Assembly: GCA_051008975.1 (NCBI GenBank)
Contig: JBPCXA010000217.1
Span: forward strand, 1 to 40,926
Length of the DNA: 40,926 bases
Reading direction: 5' to 3'
Origin: Gammaproteobacteria bacterium
GTDB taxonomy: Bacteria > Pseudomonadota > Gammaproteobacteria > Tethybacterales > Persebacteraceae
The notes under the pieces were generated by a model. That model was not told where the DNA came from, did not search any database, and saw only the letters and a list, made by a program, of their open reading frames with translations. The position numbers and the translations under genes are program-made. This document shows positions 10,023 to 20,000 of the stretch, piece after piece. The first letter of the stretch is position 1, and the number at the start of each line of letters is the position of its first letter.

Positions 10023-10255
10023 CTAACCACCCACCATGGAAAGAGTATCAGCGCAGCGATCCGCCACCTACTGAGTGATGGAGGGCCTGTCGGCATCAAC
10101 TTGTTCGATTCGCCGCACGTACAGCCACCCTTTCGAATTGCCTTCCACGAGACCAACCGCTTACAGCCCTGACACCGGTAATAAGCCCATTGATCCGGCT
10201 CGCCGCGACCATGCCAGTGGGTGAGCCAACGATTCAGCAGCTCATCGACAATCAT
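10019..10255 (-). CDS. Small Cys-containing protein with C-terminal hydrophobic tail
   Basis: CxxC...CxC plus a hydrophobic C-terminus; coupled to its neighbours. Confidence 0.6.
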   Translation of the reverse strand: MIVDELLNRWLTHWHGRGEPDQWAYYRCQGCKRLVSWKAIRKGGCTCGESNKLMPTGPPSLSRWRIAALILFPWWVVR

Positions 10256-10449
10256 TCGATTTCCTTACCAACGCGCTTTTCTTCCTCTTCCAATCTTTTT
10301 GTCGCGGCAACTGCAACATCGAACAAATGCCGACTCATTTCTTTTTTTGCCTCTGGCGTCATATGGTCATTGTCGCAACACCATGGATAAGTTACATCAT
10401 GTGATTTTTCATACATAAATATCCTCCTTTTATGCGTAATCATCGGCAT
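10252..10449 (-). CDS. Hypothetical protein
   Basis: Likely start MPMITHK at 10449, after the cement gene stop. Confidence 0.5.
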   Translation of the reverse strand: MPMITHKRRIFMYEKSHDVTYPWCCDNDHMTPEAKKEMSRHLFDVAVAATKRLEEEEKRVGKEIE

Positions 10450-10469
10450 GCGCACCCCGCCGTGGGCTT

Positions 10470-10901
10470 CTACAGCGCCCGGATGAAAATCTTGGGCGTA
10501 CTCGAGCCAGTACCGGAAGTGGAGCTCTCTGCCGCCACTGCCCACACAGCAGCCAGAGCCGTCGCAGCAGCAGTACCGACTTGTGCAAAGTGATGCACAC
10601 CCGTCACTGGTGCCAATACCATTCCCGCCGACAAGTTCGTGTTGGTACGAACCACGTTCGAACTAGAACGGTACCCGTACACCTGCACGAGGCCGAAATC
10701 ACCGTCTGCCAGGTTCGCGTCAACAACGCCGAGAAAGGCGTATTGCTCATGTTGATCCACATCGCGTGCCTTGACACCGTCAACATCAGTGGTCAAGTCA
10801 AGCTGGCATGTAGAATCTTTGTCCATCTGAGCGCCTTCATTGTTTTCCACGACAATGAAGACACGCTCCGGCTCGTCTCGGTTGAGTCGCTTTAACAGCA
10901 T
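10470..10901 (-). CDS. Capsid cement / decoration protein
   Basis: 143 aa directly after the major capsid gene; FLGVVDANLADGDFGLVQVYG; strong AGGAGG RBS. Confidence 0.7.
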   Translation of the reverse strand: MLLKRLNRDEPERVFIVVENNEGAQMDKDSTCQLDLTTDVDGVKARDVDQHEQYAFLGVVDANLADGDFGLVQVYGYRSSSNVVRTNTNLSAGMVLAPVTGVHHFAQVGTAAATALAAVWAVAAESSTSGTGSSTPKIFIRAL

Positions 10902-10912
10902 GTCATGCCTCC

Positions 10913-12013
10913 TTAACTCGTAATGCTCTGGGAGATGCCCATAAGCACGCCATTTTTCCTACGGTTTCCAGTCCCAAGTGCACCCATCCACAGTATCTGC
11001 GAGGTACGCGCATCCTGGTCAGTAGGCCGTACAAATGGCGTATTCACGAAGTTAGTCTGGCTGTCGGTGATGAACTCCATTGCCTGCGAGTTGATGAAGT
11101 TGATTGTCGAGAGCGCCGCTGTGCCAACGCCATCCACCACGTCCGCATTGGTCTTGACATCCGGAACCACTTCATCCCAAACAAAAGCGGCTTGGCGAAA
11201 GGCAAGGGCCTCCGAGCCGCCCAACACATCAACGACGCGTGGAGCGGTGATGATATAGCGCTCCTGGTTCTCTAGTGCAGCCCAATACTGCCTCCAAGAC
11301 GTCTCATCGCCTAGCAAGAGATCAGGACGCCCACCCACACCGCGTGAGCATTGCAGGTAGATATCCATCATATCTTGCTTGTACCCAGCAAATGTAGTCG
11401 CAGCGCTGTCCTTCGCTTTATTGGCCCAAAAAGCGTGCGTATTCGGGTTGATGTTCCCCATGTCCGTGCGACTGCGCGTCGGTGTTGCATCAATAATCGC
11501 GCTCAAAGGAAGAGGCCCTGACGCACCGCTATCCAACCGACCTACACGAGCTGAGAACTCGCCTAAATCGGCCGATGCGCCAGAGGTAATGCGGCCAGAG
11601 ACCATACAGTTGTTAAGCAGTTCCTCGATCGAGGCTTGTGACTGCATGGTCTTGGATTGAAGGAGGTTCAGGAGGCGGTGCCGCCCACTATTCTGCCGCT
11701 CCTCCTTTCTCGAAATCGTCACAGAGACCGATAGTTGCGCCCATTCGAAGAAGGCTGACGTGATGCCATCTTGCGCCGTGGTGTCCAATTGGCCGTATCC
11801 AGAATAGATATCAGCCGTCGAGTTGAGTGCATGCATGAGCGGAATCTGCACCCGCTCACCGCCATCCTGCATGTTCATCCGCCCATTGGACTTAAGCCAT
11901 GCAAGGAGCTTGTTTGAGCGAGTGATATTATCCCGCAAACGTGGTAAGAAATTGCGCAGCGTCGTAGTGAGTAGCGCATCATATTGATCAGTGAGTGTGC
12001 TCGGGACAGCCAT
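10913..12013 (-). CDS. Major capsid protein (HK97 fold)
   Basis: 366 aa after the scaffold gene; LLTTTLRN...DNI, GGERVQIPL, YSGYGQL...W.Q..VSVTIS..EE..NSG. Confidence 0.9.
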   Translation of the reverse strand: MAVPSTLTDQYDALLTTTLRNFLPRLRDNITRSNKLLAWLKSNGRMNMQDGGERVQIPLMHALNSTADIYSGYGQLDTTAQDGITSAFFEWAQLSVSVTISRKEERQNSGRHRLLNLLQSKTMQSQASIEELLNNCMVSGRITSGASADLGEFSARVGRLDSGASGPLPLSAIIDATPTRSRTDMGNINPNTHAFWANKAKDSAATTFAGYKQDMMDIYLQCSRGVGGRPDLLLGDETSWRQYWAALENQERYIITAPRVVDVLGGSEALAFRQAAFVWDEVVPDVKTNADVVDGVGTAALSTINFINSQAMEFITDSQTNFVNTPFVRPTDQDARTSQILWMGALGTGNRRKNGVLMGISQSITS

Positions 12014-12036
12014 AATCTATCCTCTATGGCTTGGCC

Positions 12037-12951
12037 CTACGAAACCTCCTCTGCTGCTGCGCGAGCTGCTATCTGAAATGCCTCGGCATCAGAGAGGTCG
12101 GCCTTGCGGACCTGGTCTACGATATTTGGGGCCGAGCTCCTACCAGACCGACTGATACCACTACGCCTTTTCGCTGCATTTCTCATATCTTTTGCAGCCT
12201 CAAGACGCCCAGCATCCGGTTGGAGTAGTCGATACAGAAGCTCATATTTATTCCCGAACGTCGGATGCTGCAAGGCATCGCTCGCCAAGAAATCATCGAG
12301 ATCCCGCATCTTCGCCCCATAGCTTTCTTCCCAGCCCTCGTACTTCGTATCCATATCTGACAGCAACGCCTGCTCCTGTGTCTTTCTCGCGGACTCTACT
12401 TGCTCTGTGGTCTTCTGCTCGAGGGGAGCAACGCGGTCTTTGACTTGTTGATCAATGACACGTTCCAACACAGGGCCTAGAGCTTTCGCGAGAAACCCAT
12501 AGTCTCCAAGGTTCTGTTCCAGCTCGGACGTCAGTCCATTGGGCGTTGTGGTTGGCTGGGAGCCTGATGCCTGTCCACCACCACGTATCTGTGCGGCAAG
12601 TTCGGGAAAGCGCTGCGCCAGCACCTGCTTGGCATAAGCGTCATCTTGATAAAACTGAGACAACACCTTTTGGTACTGGCCGTGCTCTCCTTCAATCTTA
12701 CCTAAGCGAGTACGGTCTGCCTGCCGTGCTCGTGTAAATGCGGCTTGCCAGTGCTTACGGATAGCCTCAGGATCAGTGGGCAGATCACCCTCTGCCGTTA
12801 GCTGCTCCTCTTCTTCCGCACCCGCATCGCCTTCCTCGGGACCCTCATCACCAGTGTCAACGTCATCATCTGGAGCTCCACCGAACGGGTCTTCCAGAGT
12901 GCCGCCATCATCTGGGATGATCGGTTGTCCGAAGATGTCTTCTTCTGCCAT
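12037..12951 (-). CDS. Capsid scaffolding protein
   Basis: Acidic disordered N-terminus and helical/coiled-coil body; immediately upstream of the major capsid gene. Confidence 0.75.
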   Translation of the reverse strand: MAEEDIFGQPIIPDDGGTLEDPFGGAPDDDVDTGDEGPEEGDAGAEEEEQLTAEGDLPTDPEAIRKHWQAAFTRARQADRTRLGKIEGEHGQYQKVLSQFYQDDAYAKQVLAQRFPELAAQIRGGGQASGSQPTTTPNGLTSELEQNLGDYGFLAKALGPVLERVIDQQVKDRVAPLEQKTTEQVESARKTQEQALLSDMDTKYEGWEESYGAKMRDLDDFLASDALQHPTFGNKYELLYRLLQPDAGRLEAAKDMRNAAKRRSGISRSGRSSAPNIVDQVRKADLSDAEAFQIAARAAAEEVS

Positions 12952-12963
12952 GATCTACCCTTT

Positions 12964-13158
12964 TCACGGAATAGAATAGTTTCGAGCAAGAGATCGTTCC
13001 CATGAAGACTGGATTACATACAAATCCGACTCATTATGGCAAGGATGACAGCGGTCAATATTGTCTGTGCAAAACCACCTCCCATTGCCAATCAAATATT
13101 CCAAGGTTAGCACTCTGCCAGACGCCTTGGTCATAACGATGTCTCCACTTCGCATCAT
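12964..13158 (-). CDS. Hypothetical protein
   Basis: 64-aa ORF coupled to the upstream gene. Confidence 0.45.
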   Translation of the reverse strand: MMRSGDIVMTKASGRVLTLEYLIGNGRWFCTDNIDRCHPCHNESDLYVIQSSWERSLARNYSIP

Positions 13159-13382
13159 GCTCTCCGCAACGGTAACCGACGCCTTTCTTTTTTGCGCTTT
13201 CCGAAAACAACACCGGAATTATTACGCAACGTCGAATTTCCACCTAAATCTAATAATACCTGGACGGGAAAAGGCTTCCCAGAAGGCCCAACGCGAAAAC
13301 GTACCCTATCGCCTTTATTCTTTCCGCGTTCGATTGTTTTTGTGAACTCTTTTCCGGGCGTTGTCGGGTTCTTTTTTGCCAT
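13155..13382 (-). CDS. Small basic hypothetical protein
   Basis: 75 aa, Lys/Arg-rich. Confidence 0.6.
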   Translation of the reverse strand: MAKKNPTTPGKEFTKTIERGKNKGDRVRFRVGPSGKPFPVQVLLDLGGNSTLRNNSGVVFGKRKKERRRLPLRRA

Positions 13383-13394
13383 AAATGAACTGCC

Positions 13395-14186
13395 TTATTT
13401 TGCACAAATAATGCATGGCCTCGAATCATAACGTTCCCTTAGATCAAATTCATAATCAGGGAACATTTGTACTTGTCGCTCATAATCATCCAGCATTCTC
13501 TGAAGCGGTTTTCGGCTCAGTGACCATGTCGTTCCGTGGCCATCCTTGCTCGTTTCTTCTGCCTTCTTCTCTTCTGCCAGTGCTTGCGCGAATAACTCAG
13601 GCTCATGGCGCGAAAGCCCTAGCCATTCCGATTCCCTTTGCCAAGGACACATCCAACACCCACCTGTAGTCCGCCACGCATAAAATTTCGGAAGTTTGAT
13701 CTGCGATTCAGACAGAATATTCATCACCCCATTTAAATCAATGCAAGCTTCTCGCAAGGGGTAGGCATAATCAATGCCCTTTGAGATACCATAATTTCCC
13801 TCACGCTCTGGTTCATCAGCGCGTAGTCCAATATAAACTGTACAAGGCAAACCCTGTTTGCAATATCGCTCAATGGGCCTCAATTTCAAATGCTTTGTGC
13901 ACCATCTACTCTGCTTCCCTGGTAAAAACCATCCCCAGTGCTCTAGGTAAAAATCAAAGGTCCGACCATAATCCGTAAGACGAGAAATAGGAGACTCTAA
14001 GACATCTTCTAAATCATCCAGAAATCTGTAAAGGTCTGGAAATTCTCTGCCCGTGTCACAAAAAACATACTCTATCTGAATCTCTGGAAATGCCTGGCGC
14101 ATATACAAAGCCAGCGCTGTGCTGTCCTTTCCGCCAGATAGTGAAATAATGTGACGCATTGTGTTAGACTTGGCTGACATGCTCAT
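13395..14186 (-). CDS. Phosphoadenosine phosphosulfate (PAPS) reductase family protein (CysH/DndC-like)
   Basis: PP-loop SGGKDS, FCDTGREF, RWCT.HLK, GLRADE, GCWMCP, C-terminal CIIC. Confidence 0.85.
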   Translation of the reverse strand: MSMSAKSNTMRHIISLSGGKDSTALALYMRQAFPEIQIEYVFCDTGREFPDLYRFLDDLEDVLESPISRLTDYGRTFDFYLEHWGWFLPGKQSRWCTKHLKLRPIERYCKQGLPCTVYIGLRADEPEREGNYGISKGIDYAYPLREACIDLNGVMNILSESQIKLPKFYAWRTTGGCWMCPWQRESEWLGLSRHEPELFAQALAEEKKAEETSKDGHGTTWSLSRKPLQRMLDDYERQVQMFPDYEFDLRERYDSRPCIICAK

Positions 14187-14197
14187 GCTCCTATCAT

Positions 14198-14255
14198 GAG
14201 TGTGTTTGAGGATGTGTGAGAGGTCTCAGCTCTCACACATCCTATTCTCTCACTC
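14198..14255. other. Long intergenic hairpin
   Basis: AGGATGTGTGAGAG (14209-14222) / CTCTCACACATCCT (14230-14243) perfect 14-bp stem, with outer GAGTG/CACTC pairing. Confidence 0.8.
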
Positions 14256-14260
14256 TATTG

Positions 14261-14425
14261 CTACCACGACGAAACGCCAATCGTACCCGCTTCCCTGATT
14301 TTGTAGTCGTTGTGCGAAACCTGGTCCCTTTGGGAAGCGGCATCGTAAAGTCCTTTCAGGAAATCCTCTCTCTCTTGCCTGCGCCCAGATGATAGATATA
14401 CCATCTCTTCAAGTAATGCAATCAT
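14261..14425 (-). CDS. Hypothetical protein (54 aa)
   Basis: ATG at 14425 overlaps the upstream stop (ATGA). Confidence 0.5.
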   Translation of the reverse strand: MIALLEEMVYLSSGRRQEREDFLKGLYDAASQRDQVSHNDYKIREAGTIGVSSW

Positions 14426-14709
14426 TCGCCAGGCTTGACTGTGGCAGGTTGGGCACGCTGCTTGTCCGTTGCTGTCATCTGATCCTGCTTCTGCTGCAAA
14501 GCGAATAGCTGGCGCCTCGTCGCTTCGATCTCTTCGTAGCGGAGGACGGCCGCGACGTCTACCACCTTCTGGCAACTCAGGCATTGATGTCCCCTTGGAG
14601 GATAGACCGTTCCTCCTCCCGTATTGAACCTGATGGCTACCACGGCGATGAATAAAGTCCCTTGGCACTCAGGGCACGCCAGGTCTTTCTGCTCACGGAG
14701 TTCAGCCAT
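14422..14709 (-). CDS. Zinc-ribbon protein
   Basis: CPEC...CLSC. Confidence 0.6.
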   Translation of the reverse strand: MAELREQKDLACPECQGTLFIAVVAIRFNTGGGTVYPPRGHQCLSCQKVVDVAAVLRYEEIEATRRQLFALQQKQDQMTATDKQRAQPATVKPGE

Positions 14710-15703
14710 GTGCCATCTCCACTAAGTCGTGCTCATGCCAGTCTTGATGATTCGCCGTCCACAGTACAGTCTCTTGAAATCCCTCATCAAATGACATCAT
14801 TGGGCGCCAGTCCAACCCTTGCAGCTTGCTGTTATCCATCATGTATCGCTTGTCATGACCTGGGCGCCCAGGAGTGAGAATGTAATCACAAGATTTAATG
14901 AGTCGTCCATCCCGTTGTAATTCATACTCTATTTGCATGAATATTCTTTGATCCGTATGCTCTTCATCTGCTCCAAGATTGTAACTTTCACCGGGTTTTC
15001 CACGCTGCAACAAACACTCAACAGCACGGGCATGATCGCTCACATGCAGCCAATCTCTCGCGCCCTGACCATCATTGTACACGGTTACAGATTCGCCACG
15101 CAGCATCTGACCGACAAACTTGGGGATCACCTTCTCAGGATGCTGCCCCGGGCCGTAGGTATTGCATGGGCGCACGATCACAATCGGCATGTCGTGGGTC
15201 ACATAAAAGCTGTTAGCCACAGCTTCGACTCCGACCTTGCTGGCACTATAGGCATTGCTCGGGTTGAACGGCGTGTATTCGTCGAACTTTTCGCCATAGG
15301 GGGTAGAGCCAAACACCTCATCAGTCGAGTAAACGAGAATCTTTTTTGGCATGCCGCCACTATGATCCCACCAAGATTGATATATCGCCTGCAATAGCCG
15401 CGTCGTACCCAGCACGTTACTTACGATAAATTGATCTGGTGCGCTGACGGCACGGTCCACATGGGTCTCTGCCGCCATATGTACTACCCAATCGGGGTTC
15501 CACGCTGCACAACGTGCTGCCAAATCTCCAGTACTCAGATCGCCTATGAGGATATGAACTTTGTCTAAAACATCAGCAAGATTGCGACCTTTGCCGGCGT
15601 ACGTGAAGCGATCCGCCACGCACACCTCATGTCCCTGCGCCACCATATGCTTGGTGACGTACGAGCCGATAAAGCCTGCACCACCAGTAACCAATACTCT
15701 CAT
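14702..15703 (-). CDS. rmlB: dTDP-glucose 4,6-dehydratase (NDP-sugar dehydratase)
   Basis: VLVTGGAGFIGS, D.FTYAG, HMAAETHVDR, STDEVFG, YSASK, NTYGPGQHPEK.IP, RDWLHV.DH, RPGHD.RY. Confidence 0.92.
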   Translation of the reverse strand: MRVLVTGGAGFIGSYVTKHMVAQGHEVCVADRFTYAGKGRNLADVLDKVHILIGDLSTGDLAARCAAWNPDWVVHMAAETHVDRAVSAPDQFIVSNVLGTTRLLQAIYQSWWDHSGGMPKKILVYSTDEVFGSTPYGEKFDEYTPFNPSNAYSASKVGVEAVANSFYVTHDMPIVIVRPCNTYGPGQHPEKVIPKFVGQMLRGESVTVYNDGQGARDWLHVSDHARAVECLLQRGKPGESYNLGADEEHTDQRIFMQIEYELQRDGRLIKSCDYILTPGRPGHDKRYMMDNSKLQGLDWRPMMSFDEGFQETVLWTANHQDWHEHDLVEMAHG

Positions 15704-16035
15704 ACTATTCCTTTAACAGGATGTGGTTTCTGAACCTTTGGTACCAGCCCGTCACTACGACTCTTACTCGTGTGCCAATCCGTTGCCGGCTCTACGCCGC
15801 GTTCCTTCATCACCCGTGTGTGCTCACCATGGCTTGCTATCGTTGCGTCGAGATTGTCGATGTACTGCTTACGATTCTCACGAAAATATAGGAGTGGCGT
15901 CCCGAAACTGGGTACTTGTGCCATCGTGTGCCCGCACCAGTCACATACCTTGGCCGTGCACGATGCATCGTTCCATGTACGTAGGTATTGCACGTCGGTA
16001 TGACCGTTAAGACACTGCACTTCTATCGTTGGCAT
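15700..16035 (-). CDS. FmdB-like zinc-ribbon protein
   Basis: MPT.EVQC.NGH...CDWCG; such genes commonly follow the portal gene in podoviruses. Confidence 0.6.
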   Translation of the reverse strand: MPTIEVQCLNGHTDVQYLRTWNDASCTAKVCDWCGHTMAQVPSFGTPLLYFRENRKQYIDNLDATIASHGEHTRVMKERGVEPATDWHTSKSRSDGLVPKVQKPHPVKGIV

Positions 16036-16087
16036 TGTGAATCCATCGCTTCACTGTGGCAGTCAATTAAAAATGAATTGAGCGTTG

Positions 16088-16387
16088 CTACATTATCTTC
16101 TTTAAATTCTTTCCAGGTTCAGCATGAATCTCTGGTATTTGCTCAGATTCCACTCCGCTTTCTTTTGCCAATATCTGGAATTCGACATCTCGTGACCTTC
16201 TCTCTCTAATAGGGAAAACAAGCGATTTCTCCCAACCATCTCTTGGCTCCGGCAATTCGTTTGCCATGCAAAAATCATCGACCATCTCTGCCCAGATAGC
16301 AGCATCATGAATCTTGCTTGCTATGACAGGCGTTTCCCTAGAAGTCAGCCAACCAACGAATCCATAGAGCGCCTCAGATGATGTCAT
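16088..16387 (-). CDS. Hypothetical phage protein
   Basis: 99 aa with a GAGG RBS. Confidence 0.6.
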   Translation of the reverse strand: MTSSEALYGFVGWLTSRETPVIASKIHDAAIWAEMVDDFCMANELPEPRDGWEKSLVFPIRERRSRDVEFQILAKESGVESEQIPEIHAEPGKNLKKIM

Positions 16388-16399
16388 GCCATTCCTCTT

Positions 16400-16579
16400 T
16401 CATAACTTCAAAATATCTATTTTCTGAGCACCTTTTCGATATCGCAACCCTACGCGTACAAGCGGCGTCCATCCAAACCAAAATATGCTATACCACGGCT
16501 TCCAATGCCAGTAAATTCGCTCACGCTTAAACCACCGACCATATGCGCCACTCCAACGGCCAAAGGCAATCCAGATCAC
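16400..16579 (-). CDS. Small Trp-rich cationic protein (59 aa)
   Basis: GTG start overlapping the portal stop (GTGA); MIWIAFGRWSGAYGRWFKRERIYWHWKPWYSIFWFGW... Confidence 0.45.
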   Translation of the reverse strand: MIWIAFGRWSGAYGRWFKRERIYWHWKPWYSIFWFGWTPLVRVGLRYRKGAQKIDILKL

Positions 16580-18519
16580 AATCTTGCACCCCCTCCTACT
16601 GTCCCAAGTGGCCCGCGCCGTGTTAACTGACTTGCCCCATTCCTCTGCGCAGCACCAGACAGAGGACTGCCTCCACCTTGGTCACCTTGCTGCTGACCCT
16701 GCTGGAACTGACGCACCGTCATCATCAGCTCTTCTGCAATCCGGTCTCCCTGCGGGAGATCAAAACTTGCAAGCAGTTCCTCAAGAAAGGTTGGCGATGT
16801 AAACACCAACGGTCCCATCACCGACGCAAGACGTAGCAACTGCGCCTGCTGAAGCGGGCGCGCCGTACTGGGTTTCACCTCGACGTCAGCCTCAAACTGA
16901 AGCTGTGAGCGTGACACCTGTAGCGGCTTCATGTCGGCGAATCGCTCTCGGAAGCGCTGCTGCAAGCGCGGGTTTACCTCAAGCGCTGCGATGATCGCCG
17001 GCACATTCTGCTGCCCAAATTGCAATGCCAACATCGTTGCCACAGCAGGGCGCTGCAAGAATTCACGAAACTCGTCATCACTAAAGCCACGTAGCTCAAC
17101 CCAGATTGACAGCGTCAGCGTCTGCTTCACGAGCTGCAACATCTTCTTTCCGGCTGATGCAACCCACTTATCAACCTGCATCCGTGACTCACTGTCTCGC
17201 AGGCTAGAGGACTGCTCGATGAGGACCGCCTCAGTAGCAGTCTGCGCATCCGGATCGCCGAGGCGAGTTCCGGATGCACCAGTGACCACCCTCCAATCAT
17301 TCATGAGAAATGGGATATTTCGAGCCACATCTGGGTTCTGGCTCGACTCACCAAACATGATTGGAGGGCGATTCGCATCCGTAATCGTGACACCCTGCAT
17401 ATCCGCATTGGACGTGAATTTGTCAATCTCCTCCTCATCTGGAAATGTCGATTCCTCATACAGGAATTTGCGAGCTGCACGCTTGGCTGAGTTAACTTGA
17501 GACTCACGCAGGATATTGTACTGCTCCTGCATGGGCATCCAATCGTACGTCATCGGCTTAGGCCAAGGCATCGGCTTAGGGCCAGTGATCAGGAGAAACC
17601 GCAAGATGCTATACGGATCATCCTCTATGCCCTCTTGGAAGTCGTCGTCAATCAGGAAGTCGTCAAAGTCCTGACCAGTGGCAAACGCGACAAACTTCTT
17701 GTTCTCTATGTCGTACATCTCAGTGTACGTGAACAGATCTATCTCGTCATCCTCGCCAATCTCAGCGAGGGGCACTTCAGAATCCTGTTCATCCTCCGGC
17801 TTCGTATTGGCAACCAACTGACTACGGTGACGAAAGCGCTCATCTTTCTTCGCCTCAGAAAGTGTCACCGTAATTTCCTCACCAATCCACGGCCACTTCC
17901 TACGATTAGGACCAGCATCTGGGAGTAGCATGCGTGCTGCGTCCACCCATTCAAACCTGTAGATTTCGTCACTGACTACTTCGTCTGGTTCCACGTTGTC
18001 GTTGTCGCCACCCTCAACCGGCTCCACATCGTCTTGCCTGCCGGCATCATCCAACTCTTCATCAAGTAATCGCTCATCACGCAACGGCTCACCCGCCCGA
18101 GGATTGTCCTCCATCACCGGATCATACACCACCTTGAGAACACCCATCCGGAAGAACGCCTGGGCCAGTGCCAGAGATGCGTCGTTAAATAAGTTGTCGT
18201 CCTGCTCGCCTATTGACTTGAGCACACCTTCCATCGTTTGGGACTCAAGAGTTCCGAATGGTTGCCGGCGACCACTTTTGGGCTTGACGACAAACGATGT
18301 CGAGCGAGATAGCAACGATGGCCTTAGGGTCTGCACGGTGGCAAAGAAATGGTTCAACCAAAACTGCTGTTGGTCATCCCTGTCGATCTCTTGCTTGCCC
18401 AACCACATACGCTCGAGCTCACGCACATGGTAGTCAGTCTCCCAGCTTTTACGAAGCTTACGCGCCGTGTCAGCTCGGGACTGCCAACGCTTTAATCGGT
18501 CAAGCTTGGTCTCTGCCAT
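16576..18519 (-). CDS. Portal protein (P22-type)
   Basis: 647 aa right after TerL; GVLKVVYDP, Q..YN..R, TATEA.L motifs. Confidence 0.88.
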   Translation of the reverse strand: MAETKLDRLKRWQSRADTARKLRKSWETDYHVRELERMWLGKQEIDRDDQQQFWLNHFFATVQTLRPSLLSRSTSFVVKPKSGRRQPFGTLESQTMEGVLKSIGEQDDNLFNDASLALAQAFFRMGVLKVVYDPVMEDNPRAGEPLRDERLLDEELDDAGRQDDVEPVEGGDNDNVEPDEVVSDEIYRFEWVDAARMLLPDAGPNRRKWPWIGEEITVTLSEAKKDERFRHRSQLVANTKPEDEQDSEVPLAEIGEDDEIDLFTYTEMYDIENKKFVAFATGQDFDDFLIDDDFQEGIEDDPYSILRFLLITGPKPMPWPKPMTYDWMPMQEQYNILRESQVNSAKRAARKFLYEESTFPDEEEIDKFTSNADMQGVTITDANRPPIMFGESSQNPDVARNIPFLMNDWRVVTGASGTRLGDPDAQTATEAVLIEQSSSLRDSESRMQVDKWVASAGKKMLQLVKQTLTLSIWVELRGFSDDEFREFLQRPAVATMLALQFGQQNVPAIIAALEVNPRLQQRFRERFADMKPLQVSRSQLQFEADVEVKPSTARPLQQAQLLRLASVMGPLVFTSPTFLEELLASFDLPQGDRIAEELMMTVRQFQQGQQQGDQGGGSPLSGAAQRNGASQLTRRGPLGTVGGGARL

Positions 18520-20000
18520 CAGCTATACACCTTGAATGTCGCCCGCTTAATGGGCTTGCCCTTTTTAGCTGCGATCGCCACCTTGCGCATGTGCTCAAAG
18601 CTGCCGTCCTTTGGCTTATCCTTGAGAGGCTCGCGTGGCGGCATCAATCCTATCGCTGCGTGCCGGAGTGAGTCAGCGCCATTGTTTGACCAGTCCTTGT
18701 GCTCGTGATCTTCGAACCGTTGTGACTTCTCGTTGAACTCCCGCCGATAGGACCGAGCCGCATCAATGCCGTCCTGGCAATTGGTCTCATCGAACACAGC
18801 TCTGGCCAAGAGCCGTCGTGTGGCCGCGATTCCGTCACTGAAGGTTTTAGCTGTTCCTGAGGGGACGACAGTGAATCGCAGCCCATGTTGCAGTGCGATT
18901 CCGTAGACGGTTTTCCCCGTGGCGTATATTCTGTTTTCCAGATCATGCGGGCCATAATGCACCTCATGCTTGGCCGTGGTTAGAGGTGGCGTCACTCGGC
19001 TGTGATCGTAATTGTAGGGCTTCTCCCGGACCCGCTTGATCCATCCCTTGCGATCATCATCACCCTCATAAACCAAGGCGACACTGCTGTCCTCCAGGTA
19101 ATCAATGAATCGCACCTCAGTAGCCGTCACTTGGAAGAACCAGATGGCGTTAGTGTCGTTGATCCCGATGTCCCACGACGTGTACACAGGCAAGCTCGGA
19201 TCGTAGGGCACATGACGTATGCGGCTCTCTTGGTCAATGCGCCTGAATTCCTCGCCATAATAGGCGCCAGGCATCGGCGTGTCCCACTCCAGGTAGTACT
19301 CTTGCGCTGCCTCTTCAACGCTGAGCCCTGCCTCAATATCTTCCTGCACATCCTGCTCAGTGACCAGTGACTCACCCTCATGGTCAACCGTATCCTTGAT
19401 GGTCAAGAAGCTGGTGTGCCACAGCAGGTTGTTGCGCACCCTGTGGAACAGCCTATAGGCATGGTTCCGGCCACGAGGCGTACATACAATAGCCTCCCAC
19501 CCATTGTTGCGTCGCAAGATAGGCAGGACCAGAGTGCGCATACGAGGATTGATCTCGGGATACTCCGACCAGATGACAGCCACCGGGTTAGCTCCGACCA
19601 GAAGGTAGACGTCTCGGTCAGAGCCCATGCAGCGATAGATGCTGCCCTCCTTGTTCCAGTCGTCCGGGTGGCGGAGCGAAATCATCATCTCTTGCTCAAG
19701 TGGACCGCGATAGATCAGATCAGGAGGAAAGTGGTCAATGTACCGCTTGCCATCCGAGTCAATGCCCTCCCAAACGATCAACTTCGCGCGTTTCCGCTGT
19801 GGGAAAACGTGAACATAGTTGCCCACGCGTTGTGTCATCTGATCAATCATCAGGTTGAGGAACGCCTTATCCTTGCCCCCACGTCGGTGTACCACCTCAA
19901 AGAAGCGTCGGATGCCGTGGTCGTAGAAGGCAAGGAACCATTCTTCTTGGTGTGGCCATGGGTCGAAGTTGTATGGCAGACTAATGATCTGCTCTTCCAT
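18519..20000 (-). CDS. terL: Terminase large subunit
   Basis: Walker A HRRGGKD, Walker B VIWSE, CTPRG.N, nuclease WDIG..D and NGADSLR; probable start ATG 20000 with GGAG RBS. Confidence 0.95.
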   Translation of the reverse strand: MEEQIISLPYNFDPWPHQEEWFLAFYDHGIRRFFEVVHRRGGKDKAFLNLMIDQMTQRVGNYVHVFPQRKRAKLIVWEGIDSDGKRYIDHFPPDLIYRGPLEQEMMISLRHPDDWNKEGSIYRCMGSDRDVYLLVGANPVAVIWSEYPEINPRMRTLVLPILRRNNGWEAIVCTPRGRNHAYRLFHRVRNNLLWHTSFLTIKDTVDHEGESLVTEQDVQEDIEAGLSVEEAAQEYYLEWDTPMPGAYYGEEFRRIDQESRIRHVPYDPSLPVYTSWDIGINDTNAIWFFQVTATEVRFIDYLEDSSVALVYEGDDDRKGWIKRVREKPYNYDHSRVTPPLTTAKHEVHYGPHDLENRIYATGKTVYGIALQHGLRFTVVPSGTAKTFSDGIAATRRLLARAVFDETNCQDGIDAARSYRREFNEKSQRFEDHEHKDWSNNGADSLRHAAIGLMPPREPLKDKPKDGSFEHMRKVAIAAKKGKPIKRATFKVYS

